In this document: piece by piece, positions 54,333 through 63,658 of the stretch
Position numbering within the stretch: position 1 is the stretch's first letter
Layout of the letters: the number at the start of each line of letters is the position of its first letter
Source of the DNA: Escherichia phage EP02SG
Sequence record: PQ301181
Strand: one strand, 5' to 3'
Length of the DNA stretch: 64,000 nt
Program-made: the position numbers and the translations under genes
Notes under the pieces: model-generated
The model's input: the letters and a program-made list of their open reading frames with translations, nothing else
The model's database searches: none
Told to the model about the DNA's origin: nothing

Positions 54333-54738
54333 TATTTTTCCTTTCATCAATTAAATATGCAACGCCAAATACAGTACATGTAATAAAACCTGTGATACAG
54401 ATAGAAACCAACAACACTGTACCAAAGAACCAAATCAAGTTATCTTTAGTAGTTTGTTTAATATCCATCTCACGAATTTCTATAGCTATCGTATCACCTT
54501 TATTCAGAAGCGTATAAAACGACGGTGATACATGCCTGTCAAAAACACGGCCTTGTTCATCTTTATAAACTGCAATAAATTCCAATTTAGAATATTTTCC
54601 TGTAGATTGGCCTGAGATTAATTCCACTACCTCCACAGGAATTACTTTAGTTTCCATGTAAGTATTCTGGCTGTTCCAAATGAATGGAATGATGGCAAAA
54701 ACTAAAGCTGCAATAAAGCAACGAAGGCTATATCTCAT
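54325..54738 (-). CDS. membrane protein (137 aa)
   Basis: Track ORF; N-terminal and C-terminal TM helices. Confidence 0.45.
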   Translation of the reverse strand: MRYSLRCFIAALVFAIIPFIWNSQNTYMETKVIPVEVVELISGQSTGKYSKLEFIAVYKDEQGRVFDRHVSPSFYTLLNKGDTIAIEIREMDIKQTTKDNLIWFFGTVLLVSICITGFITCTVFGVAYLIDERKNNV

Positions 54739-55043
54739 TATAATGTTCTCTCAAATTTGTGGAAGCATTTACGGCATTTCAATTTCAAGTTATCAGTGGT
54801 CCAGTTAACCAGTTGGACTTGGATAGTTCCACATTCCGGACATGGATGTTTTGCTGCCGATTTGGCAGCATTTTCACGTCGTTCAACCATTTTCATTATT
54901 TCGTTCCATGCCGGAGGAACGAACTCTTCTTCACCGTGGATTTTATCTCGCTGAACAAATTCAATCTTTGAACTATCGTCAATAAACTTAACCAAGCCAT
55001 GATTAGTGCTCATATCAATATCCTCTAAAAGACGTAGTTTCAT
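54738..55043 (-). CDS. zinc-ribbon protein (101 aa)
   Basis: Track ORF; CPECG...CRKC motif. Confidence 0.45.
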   Translation of the reverse strand: MKLRLLEDIDMSTNHGLVKFIDDSSKIEFVQRDKIHGEEEFVPPAWNEIMKMVERRENAAKSAAKHPCPECGTIQVQLVNWTTDNLKLKCRKCFHKFERTL

Positions 55044-55993
55044 TATAACACCTCAATGGCATTTCGTAAGCCATCCGCTTTCGCATTCAGAGCTTTTAAT
55101 GATTTAGTTTGTTCAGCAATCTGGGCTTCGACTTCTTTCAGACGAGATTTGAGATATTCGCGTTCTTCTCTTAAATTATCAACTTTTTCTGCTTTAGTCT
55201 CTTTAATAGGCTTAGGCTTATACTCATTAGGGTTCTTCAACTTAATTTGAATGCGAGAACTGTATAACATTGAACCGTTATCTTCGGTTTCGCTGAACAT
55301 TTCAACAACATCCATAGTCTGTAATATCATACGAAGTTTATAAGACAGCGAACTAACGGTTTTGTTGCGCTTATTAATTTCTTCGGCTTTCATGGTACCG
55401 AGATTACGTGAGTAGTAATAAGGAACCTGGATATCAATTGACAATGATGCGTTACCATTACCAGTTGGTTTGAATACTGCAGTAACCCAATCTTTAACAT
55501 GAACTTTATTTGTACGACCGTCGCCGCCTGTGAATAATTTACGTGAATGTTTAAAAAGCATATTCACTTGGTTATTGAATTCACAAGCAAATTTATCAGC
55601 AAATTTAGTTTCAGGAATGGTAGATAACCAATCAGCCAAATGAGTCTTTTTAACATCGTTAATAATAGTAAATTCAACTAAATCAGTTTTAGATGTCACA
55701 GATTTAATAAAGCTCGGCTTCATAAAGTTTTTAATGTTATCGCGAGCTACAGTAGAAGATAATAAACGAGAACGTTTGAACCATTGAAGCAGTGTCCCTA
55801 ATGAATGAGAATACGCATTCTGAGTATCTTTACAGATATGATTTTCTTGGCCTGTGTATATACCAAAATCGCGAAGAATACCACTTACTACAACTCGGTG
55901 TGGAACATCAAATCCTAATGAACCAGAAGCACGTTGGGCATGAACGTTAGCGATAAGACCTGCAAAATAATCAACATAATGTGAACGTGTCAT
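55043..55993 (-). CDS. hypothetical protein with C-terminal coiled coil (316 aa)
   Basis: Track ORF; consensus early promoter 56022-56051 directly upstream. Confidence 0.5.
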   Translation of the reverse strand: MTRSHYVDYFAGLIANVHAQRASGSLGFDVPHRVVVSGILRDFGIYTGQENHICKDTQNAYSHSLGTLLQWFKRSRLLSSTVARDNIKNFMKPSFIKSVTSKTDLVEFTIINDVKKTHLADWLSTIPETKFADKFACEFNNQVNMLFKHSRKLFTGGDGRTNKVHVKDWVTAVFKPTGNGNASLSIDIQVPYYYSRNLGTMKAEEINKRNKTVSSLSYKLRMILQTMDVVEMFSETEDNGSMLYSSRIQIKLKNPNEYKPKPIKETKAEKVDNLREEREYLKSRLKEVEAQIAEQTKSLKALNAKADGLRNAIEVL

Positions 55994-56021
55994 AATATTT
56001 TCCTCTAGTTAAGATAGAAAG

Positions 56022-56051
56022 ATTATACTCCAACCATCCTTGGTTGTAAAC
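56022..56051 (-). promoter_or_regulatory. T4-type early promoter with palindromic spacer
   Basis: plus ATTATACTCCAACCATCCTTGGTTGTAAAC; rc gives GTTTAC-N18-TATAAT; identical module at 15137-15166, variant at 57042-57071. Confidence 0.55.
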
Positions 56052-56055
56052 TGAT

Positions 56056-57015
56056 TTATGATTTTAATGCATTCATTGCGTTAAAAAGTTTAGAGTACTG
56101 CAACTGGAGATTCGTTACAACACTTTGAGCATCACGAAGCTTAGCTTGTGCTTTGTCAAGTTCAACAGACAGTTGGTCCATAGTGGCCTTGATTTGATTG
56201 TAATGGTAATCTTCGGCCGGAAGAAGGTCATTAGAAACATTTAGTTTTACTGCAGACAGTTTGCACACATTTGGCAAACCTTTAAACATTGATTTACCCG
56301 AAGTAGAATAAGCACTTAGGACTTCGGCCTGTTCAATTGGGGTCCCAGTAAGCGATGCTTCAAACAATGCATTTTCCTTTTTAAGATTTTTATAATATTC
56401 AGAGTCTTTGTGCCACCATGGCGCAGGAACCTTTTTACCAATAGATACACGAGCCTGGATAGCGATATGGCCCTTATTCTTGATAACGTCGATAATATTA
56501 AGCTCACGAGAATAAATTGCTTTAATCTGGTGAATATTATCACCTAACACTTCCAACGCTTGGTGGAATACACGAGCAACGTTATCATTCTTAGGTTTAT
56601 ACGTAAGAGTGAACTCGTTCTCACTGATAACCATGATTTCCAACTTATCGTAAGTATATTTCAAATGTTTCATGTTAATTGCTTGAGGACGAATACGAGA
56701 AGCAATGGCCATCAGATTGTTAAGGTTATTCCGGAACTGCTTAGCGAAATATTGTCCTTCACCGCCAATACAAAAATTAAGAAGTTTCTGTTTGGCTAAT
56801 AAACGGCTGAACTCACCATTTTTAATGAACTCTTTAACGGGTGTGTTAGTAACGCATTCAAATTGAGTAAACTTACGAGAAGTAATCCCATAATATGAAC
56901 AGATTTCCTCAATCTCTTCAGGAGTCTTTACAGGCATACGGATAGGATTAGGACCTGGGGTATATGCGTTCGAGGTAAATTCTTTGATAAGTTCTCTACG
57001 TGTAATAGAAGCCAT
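56056..57015 (-). CDS. hypothetical protein with C-terminal coiled coil (319 aa)
   Basis: Track ORF; same promoter module upstream (57042-57071). Confidence 0.5.
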   Translation of the reverse strand: MASITRRELIKEFTSNAYTPGPNPIRMPVKTPEEIEEICSYYGITSRKFTQFECVTNTPVKEFIKNGEFSRLLAKQKLLNFCIGGEGQYFAKQFRNNLNNLMAIASRIRPQAINMKHLKYTYDKLEIMVISENEFTLTYKPKNDNVARVFHQALEVLGDNIHQIKAIYSRELNIIDVIKNKGHIAIQARVSIGKKVPAPWWHKDSEYYKNLKKENALFEASLTGTPIEQAEVLSAYSTSGKSMFKGLPNVCKLSAVKLNVSNDLLPAEDYHYNQIKATMDQLSVELDKAQAKLRDAQSVVTNLQLQYSKLFNAMNALKS

Positions 57016-57070
57016 TTTATATTCCTCATGTTGAAAAATTTATTATACTCCAACCATCCTTGGTTGTACA

Positions 57071-58066
57071 TCATTCCTTAAGAAGTTTTACTACTTGAAT
57101 AAGATTAGCTCGTTCTGTTTTATTTTTACCGTTTAAGCCTGCTAATCGTGAGATTTCATCATCAGTCTGTTGAATAGTTACATTAAGTTCGTTAATCAAA
57201 GCTTCAAAGTATTTGATTTGCTCAGCATGTTTTGATTCAAATTTTTGAACCGGAATAACGTCTTGGTTTAGTTCATCAATAAGGTCTTTAAGAGCATCTT
57301 CTTGGTTGATATCATATTCAACTTCTTTTATTTCTTCAACGAGCTCGTCTTTATATCTAACGTCTTTTAGTCCTGGTGCTGGTCCTGAAATCTCTTCTTT
57401 AAGAGTACAAACATATCCAATACGGTATCCAATACCGTCTCGCTTGATAACAACTTCGTCAATAAATCCACAATGTTTAAGTCCAGAGCCGATTACGTCA
57501 AAATATCCTTGACGTCGTCCTTCAAACGTTACACGAACTACTAAGACAGTTTTACCTGCAACCTTTTGAAGCTCACATTTATAAAAGTCAGTTGAACCTG
57601 AATAACGTGGATGAGTTTTAAAGTTCATCTGACGATCTAGGCCCATTTGTAAGCGTGCTGATACGGCCATAAAACGTGTTTGATTCTCGTTAAGATGAGC
57701 AACAATCCATTTCAAAGGCATTTTACACTGTTCACGGCCGAACAAATCAGTACGTCCTAGATTACGCAGGATGTTGTTAGAGTTAATCATCGACAGAACG
57801 TTAAGTTTATTCAGCGCGCTGAAGATTCCATCGGCCATTGATTTTCCGTAACCTTTACACGCTTTAATAAGCGCTCGCGGTAGATTAGTATAGATTTCAG
57901 ACGGCATATGAAAATCAAATTTACTAGTCAGTAATTGATGAACTTGGATAGCAATTTGCTCATAATTAAGTGCTCTTCGATCATTATGGTCTTTAAACCA
58001 TACTTTAATCTGTGAAGCACATAAACCGTTAATTTCATGTTTTACCGCATCAGATGTAATGCTCAT
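57071..58066 (-). CDS. hypothetical protein with C-terminal coiled coil (331 aa)
   Basis: Track ORF. Confidence 0.5.
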   Translation of the reverse strand: MSITSDAVKHEINGLCASQIKVWFKDHNDRRALNYEQIAIQVHQLLTSKFDFHMPSEIYTNLPRALIKACKGYGKSMADGIFSALNKLNVLSMINSNNILRNLGRTDLFGREQCKMPLKWIVAHLNENQTRFMAVSARLQMGLDRQMNFKTHPRYSGSTDFYKCELQKVAGKTVLVVRVTFEGRRQGYFDVIGSGLKHCGFIDEVVIKRDGIGYRIGYVCTLKEEISGPAPGLKDVRYKDELVEEIKEVEYDINQEDALKDLIDELNQDVIPVQKFESKHAEQIKYFEALINELNVTIQQTDDEISRLAGLNGKNKTERANLIQVVKLLKE

Positions 58067-58128
58067 AACTATTTCCTCAGATTGAATTGGAACTCAAAAC
58101 CATTATAACCCGTCCTTGGGTAAAGCGT

Positions 58129-58656
58129 TTATGCGTGAACCGTCTTTAAACGTTCTTCAAATTTCCGAAGAGTACTAATACGTTCTGCTTTCTGTTTTGT
58201 ATAGTTTGCAATACGTTCTGAAGTGAGAGCGTATCGTTCGTTTACTGTTTCTTTCATGAAGTCAGGGATTTCACGAGAAGCTTTAATTTCATCAAACTTA
58301 TCGAGTACTGCCTGGTCTTCAGCGATTAAATTTTCGTACATCTCGATATCTTTCTTGATAAACTCGATATCTTCCTGGGTTACTTTGGATAAACGAGATG
58401 CTTTATCCTTTTTGTACTGCTCGTTAGTTTCACGAGACCAGAATAATGTACGTTTTTTGTTAGTGTTTTTGTAGACTTCCACAATTCCAACTGAATCGAT
58501 GATAGCAATCCAATTCCAGCGAGATTTGAAAATCTGACCTCCGTCCACGGTAATCTCGTTACCATAAGCAACGTCATTAAAGAACTTGCTTTGTGCTTCA
58601 GATTTAAATTTACCGTCGTTATAATTTACCAGGTTGAAAATATCTTTAGCGTTCAT
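58129..58656 (-). CDS. hypothetical protein (175 aa)
   Basis: Track ORF; early promoter 58673-58701 and SD upstream. Confidence 0.5.
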   Translation of the reverse strand: MNAKDIFNLVNYNDGKFKSEAQSKFFNDVAYGNEITVDGGQIFKSRWNWIAIIDSVGIVEVYKNTNKKRTLFWSRETNEQYKKDKASRLSKVTQEDIEFIKKDIEMYENLIAEDQAVLDKFDEIKASREIPDFMKETVNERYALTSERIANYTKQKAERISTLRKFEERLKTVHA

Positions 58657-58672
58657 GTTTTACCTCCAGTAG

Positions 58673-58701
58673 TTGATAGGTCTATAATAACATAACCATA
58701 G
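58673..58701 (-). promoter_or_regulatory. T4-type early promoter with AGGTCTAT/ATAGACCT inverted repeat
   Basis: rc: GTTTAC-N17-TATTAT. Confidence 0.5.
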
Positions 58702-58714
58702 ACCTTGTAAACAA

Positions 58715-59002
58715 CTAAAAGAAACTTTTTTCGGTATTTTTTCCACTGAACCAAACCGATTTCGGAATTTTCTGTAATTTTTCAGATTTAAGTTTCTCTT
58801 CCTGTTCTTTCTTATATGCATCCTTGTCGTACTGGAACAACTCTAAGGCATTCTTTTGTAGACGGTCTAAGGTAATTAAGGCTTTAGTTTTTCCTTTCAA
58901 GGAAGAGTCCTGGCGAACCTCCTCGCTATATTGCATCGTAGAACTAACCATACGATGAGCATAGAGTTCTACTGCGGCTTTAATTTTTTGCATAAAATCC
59001 AT
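58715..59002 (-). CDS. hypothetical protein (95 aa)
   Basis: Track ORF. Confidence 0.45.
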   Translation of the reverse strand: MDFMQKIKAAVELYAHRMVSSTMQYSEEVRQDSSLKGKTKALITLDRLQKNALELFQYDKDAYKKEQEEKLKSEKLQKIPKSVWFSGKNTEKSFF

Positions 59003-59140
59003 AACATATCCTCTTTGATTTGTACATCATTATTTTTAAATATTTCTATGCCCTCAGTAGGTTCCTGGTGTCCTTATTTGAGGTAAGCCATATGATTATT
59101 CATCTTTATGGCTTTTGTTACCTCAGAACTTCCTATAAGC

Positions 59141-60121
59141 TTATTTCAGTAAAGTTACTTCAGAGATTTCCTCCCAACCATCTTTATCAGTTGAAATAAA
59201 ATCTGCTACGTAAAGAGCCGTACGTAATGATACATTGCGAAGACGAGATACGTTAGCCTTCATCCAGGACAATGCTTTATACGTTTCTGCATCTGTCAGA
59301 CCACGTTTCTGCATCATGTCAGTAGATAATATTACATCTTCAACTCGAACCATAATCTCTTCATTAGAGTGTACTCCAAGGTCGAGATACACTGAACGAG
59401 ATACTAAAGCTTGAAGGTGTGGGGCAAGTTTCGAACCGCGTTCTAACTCTTTATCGATATCAACGTTTGTAATGAAAACGATAGTACCTTCAAACTCAAA
59501 TTCTTTATCAATACCCTTATCATCGAGATAAGATGACGCAGTGCTCCAACAAACTTTGCGTTTATCTCCAGTATCTAATGCTGCTTTAAGAAGGTTCAAG
59601 ATGTCCATATCTGAGAATACGTCAACGTCGTCGATTAAGAGAACGCTGTCTGCATCACGGTTGAGCCAAAGTTGTTCGTAAAGGCCGATACCAGAGATTT
59701 TACCATTAATGCTTTTGTATTTGATGAAACCATTATCATTAGCGTTATTAAGTGCTTTATCCAGAGAATACGTCTTACCAATACCAGCTGCACCTGAAAT
59801 AATGAGTGAACGAATTTTGCCATCGATAATGCCATTCGTCATCATGTTCATTACTTTAAAGCGTTTGTTGATACGAGTTTTCATATCTTCAGTGCTTTCA
59901 ACGACTGCAACTGGTGATGTCTCAACTCCTTCCATTACGATGTCTGATTTGAAGACCCATACTCCACGTTCAGAACCGTCAATCATAACGAAAATTTTAC
60001 CATCACCTAAGTGGGAACATTCAGGATTAAGCTTTGCCGGGAACCAGGTCTTTGTGGCAACATAAGAACCAGAGATTTCGTTATTACGATAGATACCTTT
60101 TTTGATTTGAACGTTGAACAT
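59141..60121 (-). CDS. AAA-family ATPase
   Basis: Track ORF 59141..60142 trimmed to MFNVQIK (TTGGAGAATAAA-ATG); Walker A GAAGIGKTY, Walker B LLIDDVD. Confidence 0.5.
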   Translation of the reverse strand: MFNVQIKKGIYRNNEISGSYVATKTWFPAKLNPECSHLGDGKIFVMIDGSERGVWVFKSDIVMEGVETSPVAVVESTEDMKTRINKRFKVMNMMTNGIIDGKIRSLIISGAAGIGKTYSLDKALNNANDNGFIKYKSINGKISGIGLYEQLWLNRDADSVLLIDDVDVFSDMDILNLLKAALDTGDKRKVCWSTASSYLDDKGIDKEFEFEGTIVFITNVDIDKELERGSKLAPHLQALVSRSVYLDLGVHSNEEIMVRVEDVILSTDMMQKRGLTDAETYKALSWMKANVSRLRNVSLRTALYVADFISTDKDGWEEISEVTLLK

Positions 60122-60219
60122 TTTATTCTCCAATTTACTCATTTCGTTTCGATAGGTCTATAGTATCATATCCTAAAAGCATGTACACTACTTTTTTAAA
60201 AATATTTTAACCCCCTAAA

Positions 60220-60235
60220 GGGACCCGAAGGTCCC
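60220..60235 (-). other. C(UUCG)G hairpin after ORF 60241-60522
   Basis: rc GGGACCUUCGGGUCCC. Confidence 0.4.
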
Positions 60236-60240
60236 CACAT

Positions 60241-60522
60241 TTACTTATCGCACTTAGCAACATAATTAGGCATATCACAGAATACGGAGCGAGTAACTAC
60301 TCGGCCCTTTGACCATGCTTCAGTTGCTTGTCCGGCTGTGCTATTAATATAGCTTGATCTAATGTTCTCAATACCCTGAGAATGTGAGGCATTTACCGAA
60401 CCATTAGAAGACCCAGAAGTCTGGTTACCGCCAGCTCCTGCACTACCGCTGGCTGCACCCGTGGTAGCACCAACAGAGAATGCCATCATTACTGCGAATA
60501 AACCAATTACTAATTTTTTCAT
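60241..60522 (-). CDS. secreted Gly/Ser-rich protein with signal peptide
   Basis: 93-aa track ORF; N-terminal signal sequence, low-complexity GS region, two C-terminal Cys. Confidence 0.45.
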   Translation of the reverse strand: MKKLVIGLFAVMMAFSVGATTGAASGSAGAGGNQTSGSSNGSVNASHSQGIENIRSSYINSTAGQATEAWSKGRVVTRSVFCDMPNYVAKCDK

Positions 60523-60553
60523 ATTTACCTCAAGTTAATGGTTATTTATCTAC

Positions 60554-61543
60554 TTATTTATAGTAAGAATTATGATTTTCGAGATAGACTTGTTCAAGGA
60601 AGTCATCCCAGAAACTCATATCTACTTTTTGTTGCATACCGTTCTTGGCAGCTTGTTCTGACGCATGTTCAACTTGGTCAACGATATCTTCTAGGAATTC
60701 TTGTACAGTTTTAAACGTATGTTTACCAAGCTTAACATCGAGAATAAATGGAGCATCCTGAAGTGGGTAAACCAGGTCGCCTGTTTTGTAAATTTCCAAT
60801 AATTGAAGTCCACCACGACATGCATGACTCAATGCTTTCCAGTCAATACCTTCGTTAGCTTCTGCCTTACGAGCACGTTCGCCATAGTTCTCTTCCAGTT
60901 TAACAAGGATGGCATTGAACTCTTTATTGGTTAACGTGTCTTGGAATTTACGGTCTAACAGATTATAGAATGTTTGCTTACCTGTTTTCTCGTTTTCAGT
61001 TTCAACCCACGAAGCAAATTCACCTACAGGCAGAACATTCTTCATATGTGATAAACGAATTACTGCACCATTATCAAAGTATGGTCCCCATTCATTAGAA
61101 CGTTTAAGGGCTTGACGAAGAACAGCCAGTCGAGAACCCTTGACACCGTATTTAGAAGCTTGCTTACGGACATACCCTAAATAAGATTTCATGTTAGTGG
61201 TATAGAAACGAGACCTGTTATCTTGAATATACTTCCACACGTCAGGCAAATCAGATTTAACTACTAAACTTGGTGGAGTGTGAAGCATATCTAATGCGAC
61301 AGTTTCACCATCCGCAGCTAGTTTAAAGAAATATTTGAGACTATACAACTCATGGTCCACGTCGTCTTTTGTGTTCTTAGAAGATGTGTTATTCGTGTTC
61401 TTGCTCATGTGTTCTTTAACGTTACCGGTCAAGATATCACGAGCATGAGGGACATAAATTTCTTTAAAATCGACGTCAGATTCAGGAGTAGACGTTCCAT
61501 AAAGGTGGCTACCAAAGTAGCCTTTCATAATTGTTTTCATCAT
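60554..61543 (-). CDS. Pol-beta superfamily nucleotidyltransferase (function unknown)
   Basis: 329-aa track ORF; N-terminal GSHLYGTSTPESDVDF (GS-x9-SDxD) plus downstream acidic residue (VALDML); start overlaps stop of upstream membrane ORF. Confidence 0.5.
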   Translation of the reverse strand: MMKTIMKGYFGSHLYGTSTPESDVDFKEIYVPHARDILTGNVKEHMSKNTNNTSSKNTKDDVDHELYSLKYFFKLAADGETVALDMLHTPPSLVVKSDLPDVWKYIQDNRSRFYTTNMKSYLGYVRKQASKYGVKGSRLAVLRQALKRSNEWGPYFDNGAVIRLSHMKNVLPVGEFASWVETENEKTGKQTFYNLLDRKFQDTLTNKEFNAILVKLEENYGERARKAEANEGIDWKALSHACRGGLQLLEIYKTGDLVYPLQDAPFILDVKLGKHTFKTVQEFLEDIVDQVEHASEQAAKNGMQQKVDMSFWDDFLEQVYLENHNSYYK

Positions 61544-62013
61544 TTAGCCTTATATTCAAGAGTAGGACAGACTTTTTCTTTACGAGCTTTAATGTATTCA
61601 CCTATTAATGATTTCTTACGTTCAATAGGTTCAAGTCCATTTTTAATTCGTTCTTGGTTTTGTGCAATGAACTCAATTTCTTTATAATATTTTCTGTCGT
61701 TATATTTGTCTAACAACCAAGACGGACCAATTACCAACCCGGCAGAAATAAAAGCCATGACTGCTACCATTAAAATGCCTACGCCAATTGAGGCTGGAAC
61801 TAATGTCCATAGACTGCTAAAAACAAAGAATCTAGTTAAAATTTCCTGGCCAATGATTGTTACTGCTGCTAAAATCGCAAATCCGATAATTGAAACAGAC
61901 AATACCGGGATTAACGTTTTCCAAAAATAAGCACACAACGTTTTAGGGCGGTTCCATGTACTATTGAACGCTGCATAAATTTTAAAGTGCCAAGAGTTTT
62001 CATTGATAATCAT
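61540..62013 (-). CDS. membrane protein (157 aa)
   Basis: Track ORF; 2-3 TM helices then Lys-rich soluble tail; translationally coupled to the nucleotidyltransferase. Confidence 0.45.
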   Translation of the reverse strand: MIINENSWHFKIYAAFNSTWNRPKTLCAYFWKTLIPVLSVSIIGFAILAAVTIIGQEILTRFFVFSSLWTLVPASIGVGILMVAVMAFISAGLVIGPSWLLDKYNDRKYYKEIEFIAQNQERIKNGLEPIERKKSLIGEYIKARKEKVCPTLEYKAK

Positions 62014-62022
62014 AATAATTCC

Positions 62023-62553
62023 TTATTTCAAAGTCGGGATAATAGAATCAAGATAAGCTTTAAGAGCTACAGCTTCGTCTTTGGTAAATGTAGTAACATG
62101 TGAACGTAAATCATCATTTTGGCGAATAGTTACGACATCACCATCTTCATAAGAATTCATGACTGCCAAAGTCGTGGTATAGTTTGGAGCTATTGGATTA
62201 ATAATGTAAGCACCACGACTGATACCCCATTTAAGTTTAGCCTTTTCAGGTGGTTCGGATTCCAAGAATTCTTTCACCTTAGCAACGAATGTTTTCCAGT
62301 TATCGATAGAAAGGCATTTGTCTTCAGTTTCGATATTAGCACCGTTATAAAGCCCATGATAAAAACGAGCCTGAAGGTCTCCACCAATATTAATTGCCGA
62401 TGCATGACCAGGCGGATTGAGTTTCAAAATCTCGTCTAGTTCCATAGGACAAATAGTAATACCATCATCTTCCTGAGTCAGAACGTATACATTACCACGT
62501 TTTTCGATAGTCAAATCACCGAACAGTTCGGTTGTTTCAATTACAGTTTTCAT
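62023..62553 (-). CDS. hypothetical protein
   Basis: Track ORF 62023..62565, start possibly MKTVIETTE. Confidence 0.45.
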   Translation of the reverse strand: MKTVIETTELFGDLTIEKRGNVYVLTQEDDGITICPMELDEILKLNPPGHASAINIGGDLQARFYHGLYNGANIETEDKCLSIDNWKTFVAKVKEFLESEPPEKAKLKWGISRGAYIINPIAPNYTTTLAVMNSYEDGDVVTIRQNDDLRSHVTTFTKDEAVALKAYLDSIIPTLK

Positions 62554-62567
62554 ATTATTCACCAATT

Positions 62568-62735
62568 AAAGTTTCAACAAAATTCACCAAATCATTCTGA
62601 CGAGAATCAACTTGTTTTTCATAAAAGTCTCCACAGTCATTTACTGCATGATAAGCTACATCATTTAAATCTGAATCAGCTTCACGTAAGTCATGGATAA
62701 GGTCCATCAATTTATTAGCTTGTTCACGGGTCATT
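62568..62735 (-). CDS. small hypothetical acidic protein (about 55 aa)
   Basis: Hand-derived minus-strand ORF starting MTREQANKLMDLIHDL; approximate coordinates. Confidence 0.25.
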
Positions 62736-62869
62736 TTACCATACTCGTTTCAATAAGATTCACTATGCCGTTTACCATGTTATAAGTAAACATCGGATAA
62801 TTGTATTGTACTACAACATAAGCGATAAGCAAAAGTTTCATTTTGTTCTCCGTTTGTTTTGATAGGACT

Positions 62870-62899
62870 ACTATAACATAGTCCTACCAAGACGTAAAC
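62870..62899 (-). promoter_or_regulatory. T4-type early promoter with TAGGACTA/TAGTCCTA inverted repeat
   Basis: rc: GTTTAC-N18-TATAGT. Confidence 0.5.
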
Positions 62900-63135
62900 T
62901 ACCGATTATGTTTTAAAATGCTATAAAGAGCTTCTACTTGGCTTGCATCCAGGTAAATAACATCATCATCTTGCTCAATGGAAATTCCGCCAGTATTACC
63001 TTCAACGAAATTACATTCACATACTTCAACGGTGCGATATACATCACCAACTGGATGCTCAGGCTCCAGAACAATCACGCCATCTTCAGAACAACCGCTT
63101 GGGTCATATAACATTACAGTTTCCTCGCCAACCAT
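62899..63135 (-). CDS. hypothetical Cys-containing small protein, paralog of 63206-63370
   Basis: Track ORF 62899..63189 trimmed; shares MLYD..G.SEDGV..L.PE block with the next ORF. Confidence 0.4.
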   Translation of the reverse strand: MVGEETVMLYDPSGCSEDGVIVLEPEHPVGDVYRTVEVCECNFVEGNTGGISIEQDDDVIYLDASQVEALYSILKHNR

Positions 63136-63205
63136 GAAAAGAATAAACCAATTAAAACAGGTCCTACAGCCATTGTTAACCAAGCCCAAGGTTCAAGATA
63201 ATAAA

Positions 63206-63370
63206 TCATCTCATGCTCCTGTGCCAACAGTTTCTTGGTTCACGTTTAAAAATTTCATCATGCATTGATTGACAACCAACACAATATATCACCACCATAT
63301 CATCTTCAGCGCTTTCAGGTAAAAGTTCAAGTACACCGTCTTCAGATTTTCCAGTATAATCGTAAAGCAT
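63206..63370 (-). CDS. hypothetical small protein with CxxC, paralog of 62899-63135
   Basis: Track ORF 63206..63397 trimmed to MLYDYTGKSEDGVLELLPE; CVGC motif. Confidence 0.4.
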   Translation of the reverse strand: MLYDYTGKSEDGVLELLPESAEDDMVVIYCVGCQSMHDEIFKREPRNCWHRSMR

Positions 63371-63377
63371 AATATCC

Positions 63378-63557
63378 TCACATAATCTCGTTAACATACA
63401 TTTGCAATTCGGTGTGCGTATCAGCCATCTTTTTCATAGCTCTGTTAATGTCGATGTCTCCATCTTCGCAACCATGAGCATTTTCCCAATCAGATACCGC
63501 ATTAGCGTACTCTTCAATCAAAAACATTAACTTAGAAATTTTTTCTTTACGTGACAT
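63378..63557 (-). CDS. hypothetical protein (about 59 aa)
   Basis: Track ORF 63378..63626 trimmed to MSRKEKISK with GAGGAG SD; early promoter upstream. Confidence 0.4.
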   Translation of the reverse strand: MSRKEKISKLMFLIEEYANAVSDWENAHGCEDGDIDINRAMKKMADTHTELQMYVNEIM

Positions 63558-63658
63558 AACGTTCTCCTCTAGTAAGTAAGGACTACTATAACACAACCTG
63601 AGGAGAAGTAAACTGATAGATGCCAAAAAGCCCCAACCATAAGGAAGGGGCTAGTAAA

